From positions 736,001 to 800,000 of the forward strand of contig CAXXLZ010000002.1 in assembly GCA_963675595.2 (NCBI GenBank): a DNA stretch of 64,000 nucleotides, written 5' to 3'. Source of the stretch: Thermodesulfobacteriota bacterium. GTDB lineage: Bacteria; Desulfobacterota; Desulfarculia; JACQYL01. Made by a program: the position numbers and the translations under genes. Positions 28,358 to 38,372 of the stretch are shown in pieces. Below the pieces are notes generated by a model. The model did no database searches, was not told the DNA's origin, and worked only from the letters and a program-made list of their open reading frames with translations. How positions within the stretch are numbered: position 1 is the stretch's first letter; each line of letters begins with the position of its first letter.

Positions 28358-30610
28358 TCAGGCGCCGAACACCTCCATCACGCTCTTAATATCCAGAATA
28401 AGCCCCACCCTACCGTCGCCCAGAATCGTTCCCCCGCTGAACCCCTGGACATCCTTGAGTCTTCGGCCGAGGCTCTTGATGACGACCTCCTGCTTGCCGA
28501 GCACCTCGTCGATCATGAGACAAGCCTCCTTGCCTTCGTGCTCGACCACAACGAGGATGGCCTCGTCCACTTTCGTGTTTTCCGAATTGATCCCGAATAT
28601 TTCATGCAATCGAATAAGAGAATGAATCTTCCCTCGGATATTGATCGCTTCACCTCGATCGGACACCTTGACGTACTGATTCCCCTCCGGTTGCAAAGAT
28701 TCCTTCACCGAAGGCGCCGGAATAATATAACGCTCTTTGCCCACGCGGACAAGAATACCGTCGATAATAGCCAGAGTCAGCGGGAGCTTGATGGTGAAAG
28801 TCGATCCCACACCCGCTTGTGATTTGATCTCCACCGAACCTCTTAGTTTTTCCACGAATTTCTTGACCACATCCATGCCGACCCCTCTTCCGGAAATGTC
28901 GGTGATCTTGTCCGCCGTGGAAAATCCCGGAAGAAAAATGAAGTTGTGCACCTCGTGGTCCGTATAATTTCCGGATTTGCTCACCAGCCCTTTTTCGACG
29001 GCCTTGCTGAAAATCTTATCCCGATTGAGTCCTCTTCCGTCCTCTCCGATCTCTATATAGAGGTGTCCTCCCTGGTGGTAGGCTCTGAGTTTCAACGTGC
29101 CCGAGGCGGGCTTTCCGGACCGCCGGCGTTCCTCCGGAGTCTCCAGGCCGTGGTCCAGCGCGTTACGCACCATATGCACCAGGGGATCATAGATATCATC
29201 TACCATGTTGCGATCTATCTCGGTCTCCTCACCGGTCATGGTCAGATTCACCTGCTTGCCGGATTTCTTCGAAAGATCGCGAACCAATCTCACCATCTTC
29301 TGGAACGTTTGTCGGATGGGAACCATCCGCATGCTCATGGCCGTTTTCTGGAGTTCCGTGGTGATGCGGTTGAGTTGAGAGAAGTCCTTGAAAAGCTTCT
29401 GATCGTTCAGCCCCCGAATCACGGGGTTCTCTGACACCAGCGACTGGGCGATGACCAGCTCGCCCACCATGTCCACGATATGGTCCAGTTTGTCCGTGGC
29501 GACCCGAATAGTCGTCTCCACGGTCTTCTGACGCTTCAGGGCTTCGTCCACATCCTGAGTGCTGACTTTGCCTGAATCCGTCAGGATTTCACCGATCTTC
29601 TTCCCGGGGGATCCGGTCTTCTGTTCTTCGAGCGCAAGATCCACTTCAGACGGCGTCACCGCCTCCATGGAAACAAGAATTTGGCCGATAGGCTCCTTCT
29701 CGCCTTGCTCGGTCGGCTCTTCCTGCGAAGCATCCAGAAGATTCCGGACCTGATCGATCCTTGATTGCACTTCGTATTCCGGCTCGTACAGAATATCCCG
29801 ATCCAGGTTCGCCCGAATGGCTTCAAGCATCTGGCGAATAAAATCAAATCCGTCCAATATGAAGTCGGCCACTCGCTCATCATACGAAATTCGATCGTTT
29901 CGAATTTCGTCCAGAAGATTCTCCGACTCATGGGTATACCGGTTCATGCGCTGCAGATTCAGAAATCCCGATACCCCTTTGGCCGTGTGAAAACACCGGA
30001 AAATCGCATTGATCAGTTCCTTGTTGGAAGGATCCGATTCGAGTTCGACCACCAAAGGCTCGACTTCGGCCAGACTGGACAGGGTTTCATTAATGAATTC
30101 GTAACAGGTTTCTTTGTCGACAATCAGGTTTCGTTCAACGGAAGTCTCACCCGCGGGACTCTCTCCGGAGGTGCTTTCGTTAGGCTCCGCCTCTCGCTCC
30201 TCGTCCTCTTGAGGACCGTCTTGGGGCGTCACGTCGGAGAGTGGTGCCGCCTCCACGGCGAGACCCAAATCGCGCAACTCGCCCAGAAAGGATTCCGCCG
30301 CTTCTTCCGGCAACGAACTTCCCAGTTTCAGCTCTCGAATCTGATCCTGCAGAAGAGTGACACCTTTGGACACCAAACTCATCTGCCGACTCAGATCACT
30401 CTCCTGACCCATAATGATCGATTCGATCAAAAGAGTCAGAGCTTGTGCGATCCGTCCAATGTCCGGTGCCGGACCGTTTGAGGCGCTTATGGTTTCCAAC
30501 TGGTTGAGAAGTTCGCCCATACCTCCCACGTCGGTGGGCTCAAGCATGACCGCCTTCAAGGCCAGTTCATCTACCGTCTGCATCAGCTCTTCGAAAAGTT
30601 TGCCGTCCAT
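28358..30610 (-). CDS. cheA: Chemotaxis histidine kinase CheA with MshEN-like insert
   Basis: Hpt IFRCFHTAKG; VGELVIAQS; HMVRNALDHG; PGFSTA...SGRGVGMDVV; C-terminal CheW domain. Confidence 0.96.
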   Translation of the reverse strand: MDGKLFEELMQTVDELALKAVMLEPTDVGGMGELLNQLETISASNGPAPDIGRIAQALTLLIESIIMGQESDLSRQMSLVSKGVTLLQDQIRELKLGSSLPEEAAESFLGELRDLGLAVEAAPLSDVTPQDGPQEDEEREAEPNESTSGESPAGETSVERNLIVDKETCYEFINETLSSLAEVEPLVVELESDPSNKELINAIFRCFHTAKGVSGFLNLQRMNRYTHESENLLDEIRNDRISYDERVADFILDGFDFIRQMLEAIRANLDRDILYEPEYEVQSRIDQVRNLLDASQEEPTEQGEKEPIGQILVSMEAVTPSEVDLALEEQKTGSPGKKIGEILTDSGKVSTQDVDEALKRQKTVETTIRVATDKLDHIVDMVGELVIAQSLVSENPVIRGLNDQKLFKDFSQLNRITTELQKTAMSMRMVPIRQTFQKMVRLVRDLSKKSGKQVNLTMTGEETEIDRNMVDDIYDPLVHMVRNALDHGLETPEERRRSGKPASGTLKLRAYHQGGHLYIEIGEDGRGLNRDKIFSKAVEKGLVSKSGNYTDHEVHNFIFLPGFSTADKITDISGRGVGMDVVKKFVEKLRGSVEIKSQAGVGSTFTIKLPLTLAIIDGILVRVGKERYIIPAPSVKESLQPEGNQYVKVSDRGEAINIRGKIHSLIRLHEIFGINSENTKVDEAILVVVEHEGKEACLMIDEVLGKQEVVIKSLGRRLKDVQGFSGGTILGDGRVGLILDIKSVMEVFGA

Positions 30611-30763
30611 TTTCCTCAACCCGAGAAGTTCGACAAAAGTCACGTTTCAGTTTATAAACCTTGAAAGGACGCTGCCGGACAAAATAGAATGGAAGCAGTT
30701 TGCCTGATATTCGTCTCGAACGACCATCGTGTCGGCACGAAAGAACAGACTTCTTCATATGCC

Positions 30764-30790
30764 ATATCGGGTTTTACGTTTCAAACGTTA
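30764..30790 (-). promoter_or_regulatory. Putative sigma28 promoter for the cheA operon
   Basis: TAACGTTT-N11-CCCGATAT versus consensus TAAAGTTT-N11-GCCGATAA. Confidence 0.55.
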
Positions 30791-30884
30791 ACTTTCGAAT
30801 CAAAGGGAGCCTTCGTATTTTAATCGGCGGTGGAAACTTGTTTTCTCGATTCCAGCGCAATGGATGACCGCCGGCGTGATCGGC

Positions 30885-30912
30885 TAAAGGTTTTCCCCGT
30901 TTCCGCCGATCT
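30885..30912 (+). promoter_or_regulatory. Putative sigma28 promoter for the divergent fliK-like operon
   Basis: TAAA-N16-GCCGATCT. Confidence 0.5.
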
Positions 30913-31083
30913 TCTAGTCGAAAGAGGCCGGTAATCATCCCGGCGTGTTCTTGATGACGGCGATTCTCGCCCGGGCGGACACCGCGCCGCCGCCATGACT
31001 CTATTCGGCTGCTGTTCGCGCGACAAGGCTGCGGGATGCCGGCTTCGCTCTCCTAAGGATTCAACCCAAGGAGCGACGCCACC

Positions 31084-31392
31084 ATGATACGAACCATTGA
31101 CGCACAGGGGATATTGAACCAATCCTTCGGTGCGGAAAAGGTCAGCCGAACGGGTGACCAGGGAATGGACCAGAACTCGGTACGGTTCGCCCTGCAGCTC
31201 CAGCAGGCGCGCGATGCGGCCAGGTCCAAGGTGAAGTCTTCTCCCGATGCCAGAAAGGTGAGCGATCGAGAGCGCAAGAATAGGGGGAGTAAGAAAGACG
31301 GAAAACACTCCGATTTCGATCATGGAGAAGAAGAAGCGAGTCAAGAAACGGCACATAAAGGAGTAGCCTGCCTCTTGGATATCTTGGTCTGA
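31084..31392 (+). CDS. Hypothetical flagellar-operon protein
   Basis: AAGGAG RBS; ends LLDILV, a flagellar-associated-type C-terminus; contiguous with the next genes. Confidence 0.65.
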   Translation: MIRTIDAQGILNQSFGAEKVSRTGDQGMDQNSVRFALQLQQARDAARSKVKSSPDARKVSDRERKNRGSKKDGKHSDFDHGEEEASQETAHKGVACLLDILV

Positions 31393-31398
31393 TTGCTC

Positions 31399-31857
31399 AT
31401 GTTCAACCAGATGCTTATCCCCTTCTTGGTTTTTCTGGCCGCGGCGGACCTGTGCCTCGTGGGCTTGATCTGCTATTGGCTCTTCTTCCAAACGCCGCGA
31501 AGAGAAAAACAGCTCTCCGACCTAAGGGACTCTCTGCAACTTCTCGTCTCCGAATCCGATCGATCCATCGAGCAGTTTCAAGCTTCATTGAAGCAGGATC
31601 AGAACACCATGGAAAGACTCGTGGAGGAAGCCCGAACACGAGAGCGCAGTTTGCGCACCCTGCTTCGTGATGCGGAATCCCTGATCTTTCGCCTCGAGCG
31701 TGAACGTTTCATGACGGCCGACGGGGAAACCTCCATGTCCGCAGACTACGACACGGTGCTTCGCTTAGCGGCCGGTGGTGCATCCATATCGGAAATCAGC
31801 AAAGAGACCGGCATTCCGGAGAATCAGATCAAACTCCTCCTGGATGTGAGAAAATGA
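31399..31857 (+). CDS. TM + coiled-coil + C-terminal HTH-like protein (DUF2802-like)
   Basis: N-terminal TM, coiled coil, VLRLAAGGASISEISKETGIPENQIKLLL. Confidence 0.7.
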   Translation: MFNQMLIPFLVFLAAADLCLVGLICYWLFFQTPRREKQLSDLRDSLQLLVSESDRSIEQFQASLKQDQNTMERLVEEARTRERSLRTLLRDAESLIFRLERERFMTADGETSMSADYDTVLRLAAGGASISEISKETGIPENQIKLLLDVRK

Positions 31858-33554
31858 CCGACTTCCCCCAGATACCCTCTGAATCACTCGACCGCAGCAT
31901 AACCTCCAAAGAACCGACATTCGCCGTAAAGTTATCCCCGGGTATGGTTGCCGAGGCCAAAGTCCTGGAAGCGGACCAACTCGGTAGAATTCGCATCGAA
32001 ATCTTGGGTCGAGAATACCTGGGCATGCTGAAACAAATCGGCGCGGAGGCCGGCCTCCAGAAGCTCGGTGAAAGCATGGTAGGGAAGAACGTGGTCCTGC
32101 GGGTGGCTTCCACACATCCGGAACTGCTGCTGGACAAAACGGCCGTCCTAAACGACCACACCTCGGCTCGGGCGGGACGTGCCACAAGTCTCGAAGGAGC
32201 CCAATCGGGGGATATCGTAGAGGGCAGAATCAAGACTCTTGAGCCTCCTTTGCGGCCCACCGCGGAGGGGCCTTACCGAGCGGTGATCGAAACACGGGGT
32301 GGGAATGTTCCGGTGATGCTCACTCATCGGGCCGAAGTGGGCCGGCCCGTCATGTTTCGAATGCTGGACTCCGGGCCTCCGCCGGTCCTGTACCCATTGC
32401 CCTCCGATACCACGGGGAAGAACGAAGGAGCCCAAATATCCTTCACAAAGGATGGGCTTGTTTTCGCGAAAATCCTGAAGCTGAGTCCCCCCCCGCCGGG
32501 CACCGAAGGAATCGCCCTTCGCCGGGTTCCGGCTTACGTCGAAGTCGCGGGCAAGGAAGTGCAGGTCTTCCTGGAGGGAAAATTCGTGGAGGGTGAGAGC
32601 AGGATGCTCCGCGTTTTAGACCCCGCTTTCCCTCCTCTGCTCACAACGGCCGAAGGCATGGAAACCGGGGAGCCGGATGACGCGACGATTTTGAGGCATC
32701 TTTTCTCTTCTCGACTCCTCGGCGCCAGATCCTTAGACACTCTGCTCAGAACCGCCGCAGAATTCACATCGAAAGCCCAAGATGCCCCGGAGCTTTCCGA
32801 AACCTTGCGCAGGGGTGCGGACCTTATCAGAAATCTGGTTTATGACGAAACGCAACTGGGACGAAGTGATTTTTTTCGCCGCTTTCTCCAATTGTCCGGC
32901 TTCCTGACGAAAAGCGGGTCTGCGGAAGGAGCCAAGCCCGAAGCCGGCGTAGAAACCGACCCGCAAAACGCCAGGGAACTTCTATCTCGGATCGAGCAAC
33001 AGGTTTCCCGGTATCTGGAACATGGTCGGAATTCTTCAGAGCACAGCGAGCTGCGATCTCTGGCAGGTCAACTGCAGGATTCGGCAAAAGGTCTCCTCCA
33101 GCATCTGCTGGCCGCTCAGACGCTCAACACAATGTCCTTTGCAGAAAACGGCACTATGTCTTTCGACATTCCTTTCGGTTGGGCGGGGCTCATTGAGCCG
33201 GGCCGCCTTTCCGTCCAATTCAGGGAGGACGGTGAGGAAGACGATTCTCAGGACAGAGGGCCCTCCGAAATATTGATCGTCTTTCTTCTGGACCTGCAGC
33301 GAATCGGACCGATCCGTATCGATGCTCTCCTCAAAAGGGAAGACCACGTTTCGGTCACCGTAATGGTGGAAGATTCCGAGGTGGCCGATTACGTGAAGAA
33401 AAGACTGCCCGAACTCGAGTCCGCTTTGGAGGCCTCCGGATTCTCGGTGGAACGGTTAAGCTGTCTCAAAACGTTACCGAACAGAATCAAGGAAGAGAGC
33501 AGGCCGGAGGGGTTGGAAGAAATGGACGCAAACCGTATGCACATTATCGCCTAA
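31854..33554 (+). CDS. fliK: Flagellar hook-length control protein FliK-like
   Basis: C-terminal FLLDLQRIGPIRIDA...LPELESALEASGF (Flg_hook-type); directly upstream of a FlhB-C homolog. Confidence 0.65.
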   Translation: MTDFPQIPSESLDRSITSKEPTFAVKLSPGMVAEAKVLEADQLGRIRIEILGREYLGMLKQIGAEAGLQKLGESMVGKNVVLRVASTHPELLLDKTAVLNDHTSARAGRATSLEGAQSGDIVEGRIKTLEPPLRPTAEGPYRAVIETRGGNVPVMLTHRAEVGRPVMFRMLDSGPPPVLYPLPSDTTGKNEGAQISFTKDGLVFAKILKLSPPPPGTEGIALRRVPAYVEVAGKEVQVFLEGKFVEGESRMLRVLDPAFPPLLTTAEGMETGEPDDATILRHLFSSRLLGARSLDTLLRTAAEFTSKAQDAPELSETLRRGADLIRNLVYDETQLGRSDFFRRFLQLSGFLTKSGSAEGAKPEAGVETDPQNARELLSRIEQQVSRYLEHGRNSSEHSELRSLAGQLQDSAKGLLQHLLAAQTLNTMSFAENGTMSFDIPFGWAGLIEPGRLSVQFREDGEEDDSQDRGPSEILIVFLLDLQRIGPIRIDALLKREDHVSVTVMVEDSEVADYVKKRLPELESALEASGFSVERLSCLKTLPNRIKEESRPEGLEEMDANRMHIIA

Positions 33555-33557
33555 TCC

Positions 33558-33860
33558 ATGGCCGATACACCTCGCAGGAAATACCAAGCCAAAGAAGCCG
33601 TGGCGTTGGGCTACAAACCCCAACAGGACGCCGCTCCCAAAATCCTGGGCAAAGGTAAAGGTTTTGTTGCGGAGAAGATCCTTGAAATTGCGCGGAAACA
33701 CGGCATCCCGATAAAGTACGAACCGGACTTGGTGCAGATACTTTCGAAACTCGACCTGAACGAGCAAATACCTCCTTCGCTCTATCGTGTGGTGGCCGAG
33801 ATATTTGCTTTTGTTTATCGAGTCAACAGAGATTATCCCCGGCGTTCCGGCGGGGATTAA
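33558..33860 (+). CDS. FlhB C-terminal-domain-like protein (EscU/YscU/HrcU switch family)
   Basis: AVALGY...APKILGKGKGFVAEKILEIARKHGIP...IPPSLYRVVAEIFAFVY. Confidence 0.9.
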   Translation: MADTPRRKYQAKEAVALGYKPQQDAAPKILGKGKGFVAEKILEIARKHGIPIKYEPDLVQILSKLDLNEQIPPSLYRVVAEIFAFVYRVNRDYPRRSGGD

Positions 33861-33914
33861 CAATGCGGACCGCTCGGGCTTCCCGCACGGCCCCGAGTTC
33901 TTACATGCAGGCCG

Positions 33915-35213
33915 TCAGCTCTTGAGTTGTATGGCGGTCTGAAGCATCTCGTTACTGGTTGAAACCACGGTGGAATTGGCGTTGAACCCCGTCTGTGTCA
34001 CGATGAGGCGAACGAGTTCGTTTGCCAAATTAACATTGGACGCCTCAAGACTGAATTGAAGGATGGACCCTCGCCGACCGCTGTCCGCCGTACCCACGGT
34101 GGCCTCGCCCGCAGCCGGCGTAGAGCGAAACAGGGTGTCGCCCGCTTTTTCAAGCCCGTCGTTGCTCACAAACGTGGTTACCGCCACCCGACCTACGCTG
34201 GAAAGATTCGGGTTGTCGTTATCATAGAGCGTGTAAACGGTTCCGTCCTGTCCCACGGTGATTTCCTGAAGTTCTCCCGTCCCATAGCCGTCCTGATTCA
34301 GTTCCTCCAGCAATGGAGGCAAGGTCGACGAAATGATCTCATTGGTGGCGAAGCTCGTGGGATCGTTCGGATCCAATAAGGACCAAGTCAAATTGTATAC
34401 CTGATCGTCCACGGTGAGATCGAAGGTGACGTCCTCAACATTCCCCGCTTCCCCGACTCCGGTCAACGCCCCATCCGTGAAGAAGAAATCGAAAGCCGCC
34501 TCACCCTCGTCCAACGTGGCATCCGTTGAGGTTGGTACGTTGAGATTGGAGACGGCTCCTTCCCCGGGACTAAGTATGACACGCCAGGATGTATCCCCGT
34601 TGGCTGTTCCTTCATTGATCTGGAAATTGATGCCGAGACCGGTGATCCGGTCCACAATGTCGCCGTACACGTCCAAATCAACAGCGGGAGATTGACCGGT
34701 ATCGAAGTTCAGGCGAAGGCCGCTCACGGAAAATTCCGTGGTCTGCTTGCTCAATTGAGTAAACTCCACCTGCAGGTTGCTTAGTTCCTCCTCGAAATCT
34801 CCGGTATCGGGATTGAAGGCGAACCCCTGGACTTTCATATCGGACTGATTAATCAGGACACCTTCATCGTCCAGCAAAAACGATCCGTTTCGGGTGTAAA
34901 AGGTGCGATCCGAATCGTCTTTAACGGTGAAAAAGCCGTCACCGTTAATAGCGAGGTCCGTGCCGTTGTCCGTTTGCGAAAGGGGGCCCTCAAGAAATAC
35001 GGTCTGGAAGGATTGAACCATGCTGCCCGCACCGGTGACGGAAGCGGCTACATTCTGCTTGGTCCGTTGCGCACCGTCCAAGATGTCCGCGAAGTTGCTC
35101 CGCTCGTATTTGAACCCCGTGGTTCCCACATTCGCCACGTTATTGCCGATAACGTCAAGGTCTTTTCCGAACGTATCCAACCCGGTGAATCCCGTCCAGA
35201 TCGAAGAAATCAT
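33915..35213 (-). CDS. flgE: Flagellar hook protein FlgE
   Basis: DVIGNNVANVGTTGFK, DLAINGDGFF, YTRNGSF, QDGYGTGEL, LEASNVNLANELVRLIVTQ. Confidence 0.88.
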   Translation of the reverse strand: MISSIWTGFTGLDTFGKDLDVIGNNVANVGTTGFKYERSNFADILDGAQRTKQNVAASVTGAGSMVQSFQTVFLEGPLSQTDNGTDLAINGDGFFTVKDDSDRTFYTRNGSFLLDDEGVLINQSDMKVQGFAFNPDTGDFEEELSNLQVEFTQLSKQTTEFSVSGLRLNFDTGQSPAVDLDVYGDIVDRITGLGINFQINEGTANGDTSWRVILSPGEGAVSNLNVPTSTDATLDEGEAAFDFFFTDGALTGVGEAGNVEDVTFDLTVDDQVYNLTWSLLDPNDPTSFATNEIISSTLPPLLEELNQDGYGTGELQEITVGQDGTVYTLYDNDNPNLSSVGRVAVTTFVSNDGLEKAGDTLFRSTPAAGEATVGTADSGRRGSILQFSLEASNVNLANELVRLIVTQTGFNANSTVVSTSNEMLQTAIQLKS

Positions 35214-35339
35214 CCCGGACTCCTCTCTCGATTTCGCCAAGCACGAATGCCTGCGAACACACCAAACACCACTCCGCCGAAGGTGAGAAGAACCACGACG
35301 CTCATTCGTCCTTCGGCGAGTTTGCCGTTCTCCTTACTC

Positions 35340-35355
35340 AGCAACATCCATGCCG
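35340..35355 (-). promoter_or_regulatory. Putative sigma54 promoter for flgE
   Basis: CGGCATGGATGTTGCT (GG-N10-GC). Confidence 0.7.
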
Positions 35356-35695
35356 GGATTTTGACGGTTTGTTAAGCCGTTGAAGTCAAACGGCCGCACT
35401 ACTCCAACGCCTCACCCACATCACGTTCTTTCCGACGGGGGAAGCCTTCCCCCTCAAGCCTGAACGGCCGGCGACAGAGCCTTCAAATCGGCCGTGGTCA
35501 TCCGCTTCCTCGTCGAGAAGGGTGTGGCGCAAACAGGACTTTTGACTCCCGCACCTGTTTGGTGCCCCCGATCACGGTAGGCAAATTGTGCTGAATGGGC
35601 AGGATGTACCTGCCGCATGGAGACCGGCAGGCCCTCCGGAAGCCTTCTTTTCAGCGGCCGAGCTCCGGGTCCCCTGCCCTTTGGGCCCTATCCAA

Positions 35696-35711
35696 TGGCA
35701 CGCTACTTGCT
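35696..35711 (+). promoter_or_regulatory. sigma54 promoter for the flgF operon
   Basis: TGGCACGCTACTTGCT, near-consensus -24/-12 element about 40 nt before the flgF ATG. Confidence 0.85.
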
Positions 35712-35749
35712 TTTCTATGGGGCGCCACACCTCAACAAGGAGAAACGCT

Positions 35750-36541
35750 ATGGAGCGGTCGGTCGCCGCGATAACCGCCGGCCTGTTTTCTGAAATGAAG
35801 AAACTGGACGTCATCTCGAACAATCTGGCCAATGTGAATACGCCCGGTTTCAAGCGAGACGAAACGTTCAGCGACTGGATGAGCGTCTTTCTGCTCAATG
35901 CCGAAATCAGTCCGGAAACGGCGGCCAAAGATGCCCTGCGCCTTAAGGAACTGCTCGCAAACCAGGATCAGGACGGCACCCTGGTGGATGCCAGAACCAT
36001 CATGGAGGAAGGCGTTTTCGATCACACGGGTGCTCCCCTCGATGTAGCCCTACAGGGAGACGGCTTCTTCACTCTGCAACAGGGGGACCGTGAAATCTAC
36101 ACACGTAGGGGGCGATTCCAGCTGGACGAGCAGGGCACCCTGGTTTCCACCGACGGCTTTCCCGTAATCGGTGAAAATGATCTCCCCATCCGAATCGACC
36201 GGGAAAACCCCACGGCTCCCTACGAGATCCGGATCGATGAGGATGGAACCGTATACAACAACGACAACGCGGTCGGGAGACTTAAGCTGATCGCCCAGCC
36301 CGAAGGAGAGCGGTTCGCCAAGATCGCCCGCACTTCCTTCGTTCTGCGCCCGGGCGTCGAGCCTCCCACGGCCCTGGGACAAGTACTTGTCAAACAAGGC
36401 TACCTTGAGACGAGCAACGTCAGCGTCGTCAAGGAAATGACGGACATGATGAATGCGTACAGGACCTTTGAGAGCTATCAGAAAATAATGACTACCATGG
36501 ACGATCTCAAAGGCCGATTGATCAGTTCCGTCACCGCATAA
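35750..36541 (+). CDS. flgF: Flagellar basal-body rod protein FlgF
   Basis: [48 protein letters not shown]; AGGAG RBS. Confidence 0.9.
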   Translation: MERSVAAITAGLFSEMKKLDVISNNLANVNTPGFKRDETFSDWMSVFLLNAEISPETAAKDALRLKELLANQDQDGTLVDARTIMEEGVFDHTGAPLDVALQGDGFFTLQQGDREIYTRRGRFQLDEQGTLVSTDGFPVIGENDLPIRIDRENPTAPYEIRIDEDGTVYNNDNAVGRLKLIAQPEGERFAKIARTSFVLRPGVEPPTALGQVLVKQGYLETSNVSVVKEMTDMMNAYRTFESYQKIMTTMDDLKGRLISSVTA

Positions 36542-36566
36542 ATCTTAATTCCAGGGAGGCCTCCTC

Positions 36567-37355
36567 ATGATTCGAACCCTGTTTTCGGCAGCTACCGGAA
36601 TGCAGGCACAGCAGCTGAACATGGACGTCATTTCCAACAACCTGGCCAACGTCAACACCACCGGGTTCAAGAAATCACGCCCGGATTTTCAGGATCTGAT
36701 CTACCAGAACCTGCAGCTGGCCGGGATGCCCAGTTCCACCACCACCCAGGTGCCCGCCGGCATCCAGGTCGGTTTGGGTGTGCGTCCTGCGGCGATCCAG
36801 CGTCTTCATCTGCAGGGAGATTTCATCAAAACCGACAACTCGCTTGACCTTGCAATCTCCGGACAAGGTTTCTTTCAAATCCAACACCCCAACGGAGAAA
36901 CTTTGTATACCCGTTCCGGTGCCTTTAAGCTCAACGCGGACGGACAAGTGGTCAATTCCGACGGATGGATGCTGCTTCCCGAGATCACCATCCCCGAGGA
37001 CGCCGAAGAGATCAACGTGGCCTCCGACGGAACGGTGAGCGTGCGGCAGGGCGGGCAGACGACGGCGACGCAAGTCGGAAACATTGAACTGGTCACCTTC
37101 GCCAATCCCACAGGTCTCGAAAGTGTCGGACGAAATAATTTCCGCCCCACGGACGCTTCCGGAGATCCCATTGCGGGCATACCCGGTGAGAACGGTGTGG
37201 GAGAAATCGAACAAGGATACCTCGAGCTTTCCAACGTATCGGTGGTGGACGAGATGGTGGCCATGATCGTGGCGCAACGCGCCTACGAAGCCAACAGCAA
37301 GGCGGTCCAGACCGGCGACCAGCTTCTGAGCCTCGCCAACGGTCTGAAACGGTAA
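36567..37355 (+). CDS. flgG: Flagellar basal-body rod protein FlgG
   Basis: [16 protein letters not shown]...FQDLIYQ...GIQVGLG...[11 protein letters not shown]. Confidence 0.96.
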   Translation: MIRTLFSAATGMQAQQLNMDVISNNLANVNTTGFKKSRPDFQDLIYQNLQLAGMPSSTTTQVPAGIQVGLGVRPAAIQRLHLQGDFIKTDNSLDLAISGQGFFQIQHPNGETLYTRSGAFKLNADGQVVNSDGWMLLPEITIPEDAEEINVASDGTVSVRQGGQTTATQVGNIELVTFANPTGLESVGRNNFRPTDASGDPIAGIPGENGVGEIEQGYLELSNVSVVDEMVAMIVAQRAYEANSKAVQTGDQLLSLANGLKR

Positions 37356-37370
37356 CCCGCAAATCCGGAG

Positions 37371-38372
37371 TTGATTGAGCTTATGAAGCCCCGCAATCGT
37401 CATTTACGGACCGTTCTGTGGAGCCTGACCTTGGCGGCCCTGACATTATGGAGCGTCCGGCTCCATGCCGGCTCCCCGCCGGACGCCGGAGTCGAGCTCA
37501 AGCAGGCCGCCGCGGTGACGCATCACCTGGTGCTTCTATCGGACGTTGCCGAGATAACCAGCCTCGATCCTTCTCTAAAGAAGGCGTTGGAAAACTTGGC
37601 CGTGGACGCGTCTCCCGGCCTCTGCAGGGAAGCCCGACTCGATGCCGAAAAAGTGCGGCAAAGGATCACCGACGATTTTCCCAGGCTCCATATTCAGGTT
37701 TCAGGAGCCTCTTCGGTCCAAGTGATCCGCTCATGCCGAACCGTTACGGAATCCGAACTCGAAGAGGCGGGCAAGAAGTACATTTTCTCTCATATGCCCT
37801 GGAAAGAGGAAACGGTCGAAGTGACCGACGTGAGGGTCCCGGAGTTGGTTTTCCCGGACCTGCCGGTCAGCGTGGAATTCTCTGAGTCGACCGGAGAGGA
37901 CTTTCTCGGAAACATCAGCCTGATGGCGCTGATCAAACACAATGGAGAGACGCTTAGGGCCGTGCGATGGACGGGAAGGATTTCCGTGTTCGAAAACGTA
38001 GTCGTGGCTGCGAGGACGCTGGACAGAGACCAGTTGATTACCGCCGATGACGTAACTTTGCGACAAACGGACCTGTCACAACTCCACACCGAGCCCCTCA
38101 GATCGCTGGACGGCCTCGCGGGCAAGCGGGTAATACGTCGAATTCCCGAAGGAAATCTGGTCCGTCACGAAGATTTGGACCGGCCTCTCCTGGTGCAAAG
38201 AGGCGATCGAGTGTTCCTGAAAGCCCAAACCGCCATGATCGAGGTCACGGCCACGGGCGTCGCTCTGGACGATGGAAGCCTCGGAGACGCGGTGAGGGTT
38301 CGGAACCTGTCGTCAAAGAGAGAAATCGTCGGACTCGTTGCCGGCCCCCATTGGGTCAAGGTGGTATTCTGA
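37371..38372 (+). CDS. flgA: Flagellar P-ring formation chaperone FlgA
   Basis: Signal peptide, SAF domain, LVQRGDRV...GVALDDGSLGDAVRVRNLSS. Confidence 0.9.
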   Translation: MIELMKPRNRHLRTVLWSLTLAALTLWSVRLHAGSPPDAGVELKQAAAVTHHLVLLSDVAEITSLDPSLKKALENLAVDASPGLCREARLDAEKVRQRITDDFPRLHIQVSGASSVQVIRSCRTVTESELEEAGKKYIFSHMPWKEETVEVTDVRVPELVFPDLPVSVEFSESTGEDFLGNISLMALIKHNGETLRAVRWTGRISVFENVVVAARTLDRDQLITADDVTLRQTDLSQLHTEPLRSLDGLAGKRVIRRIPEGNLVRHEDLDRPLLVQRGDRVFLKAQTAMIEVTATGVALDDGSLGDAVRVRNLSSKREIVGLVAGPHWVKVVF

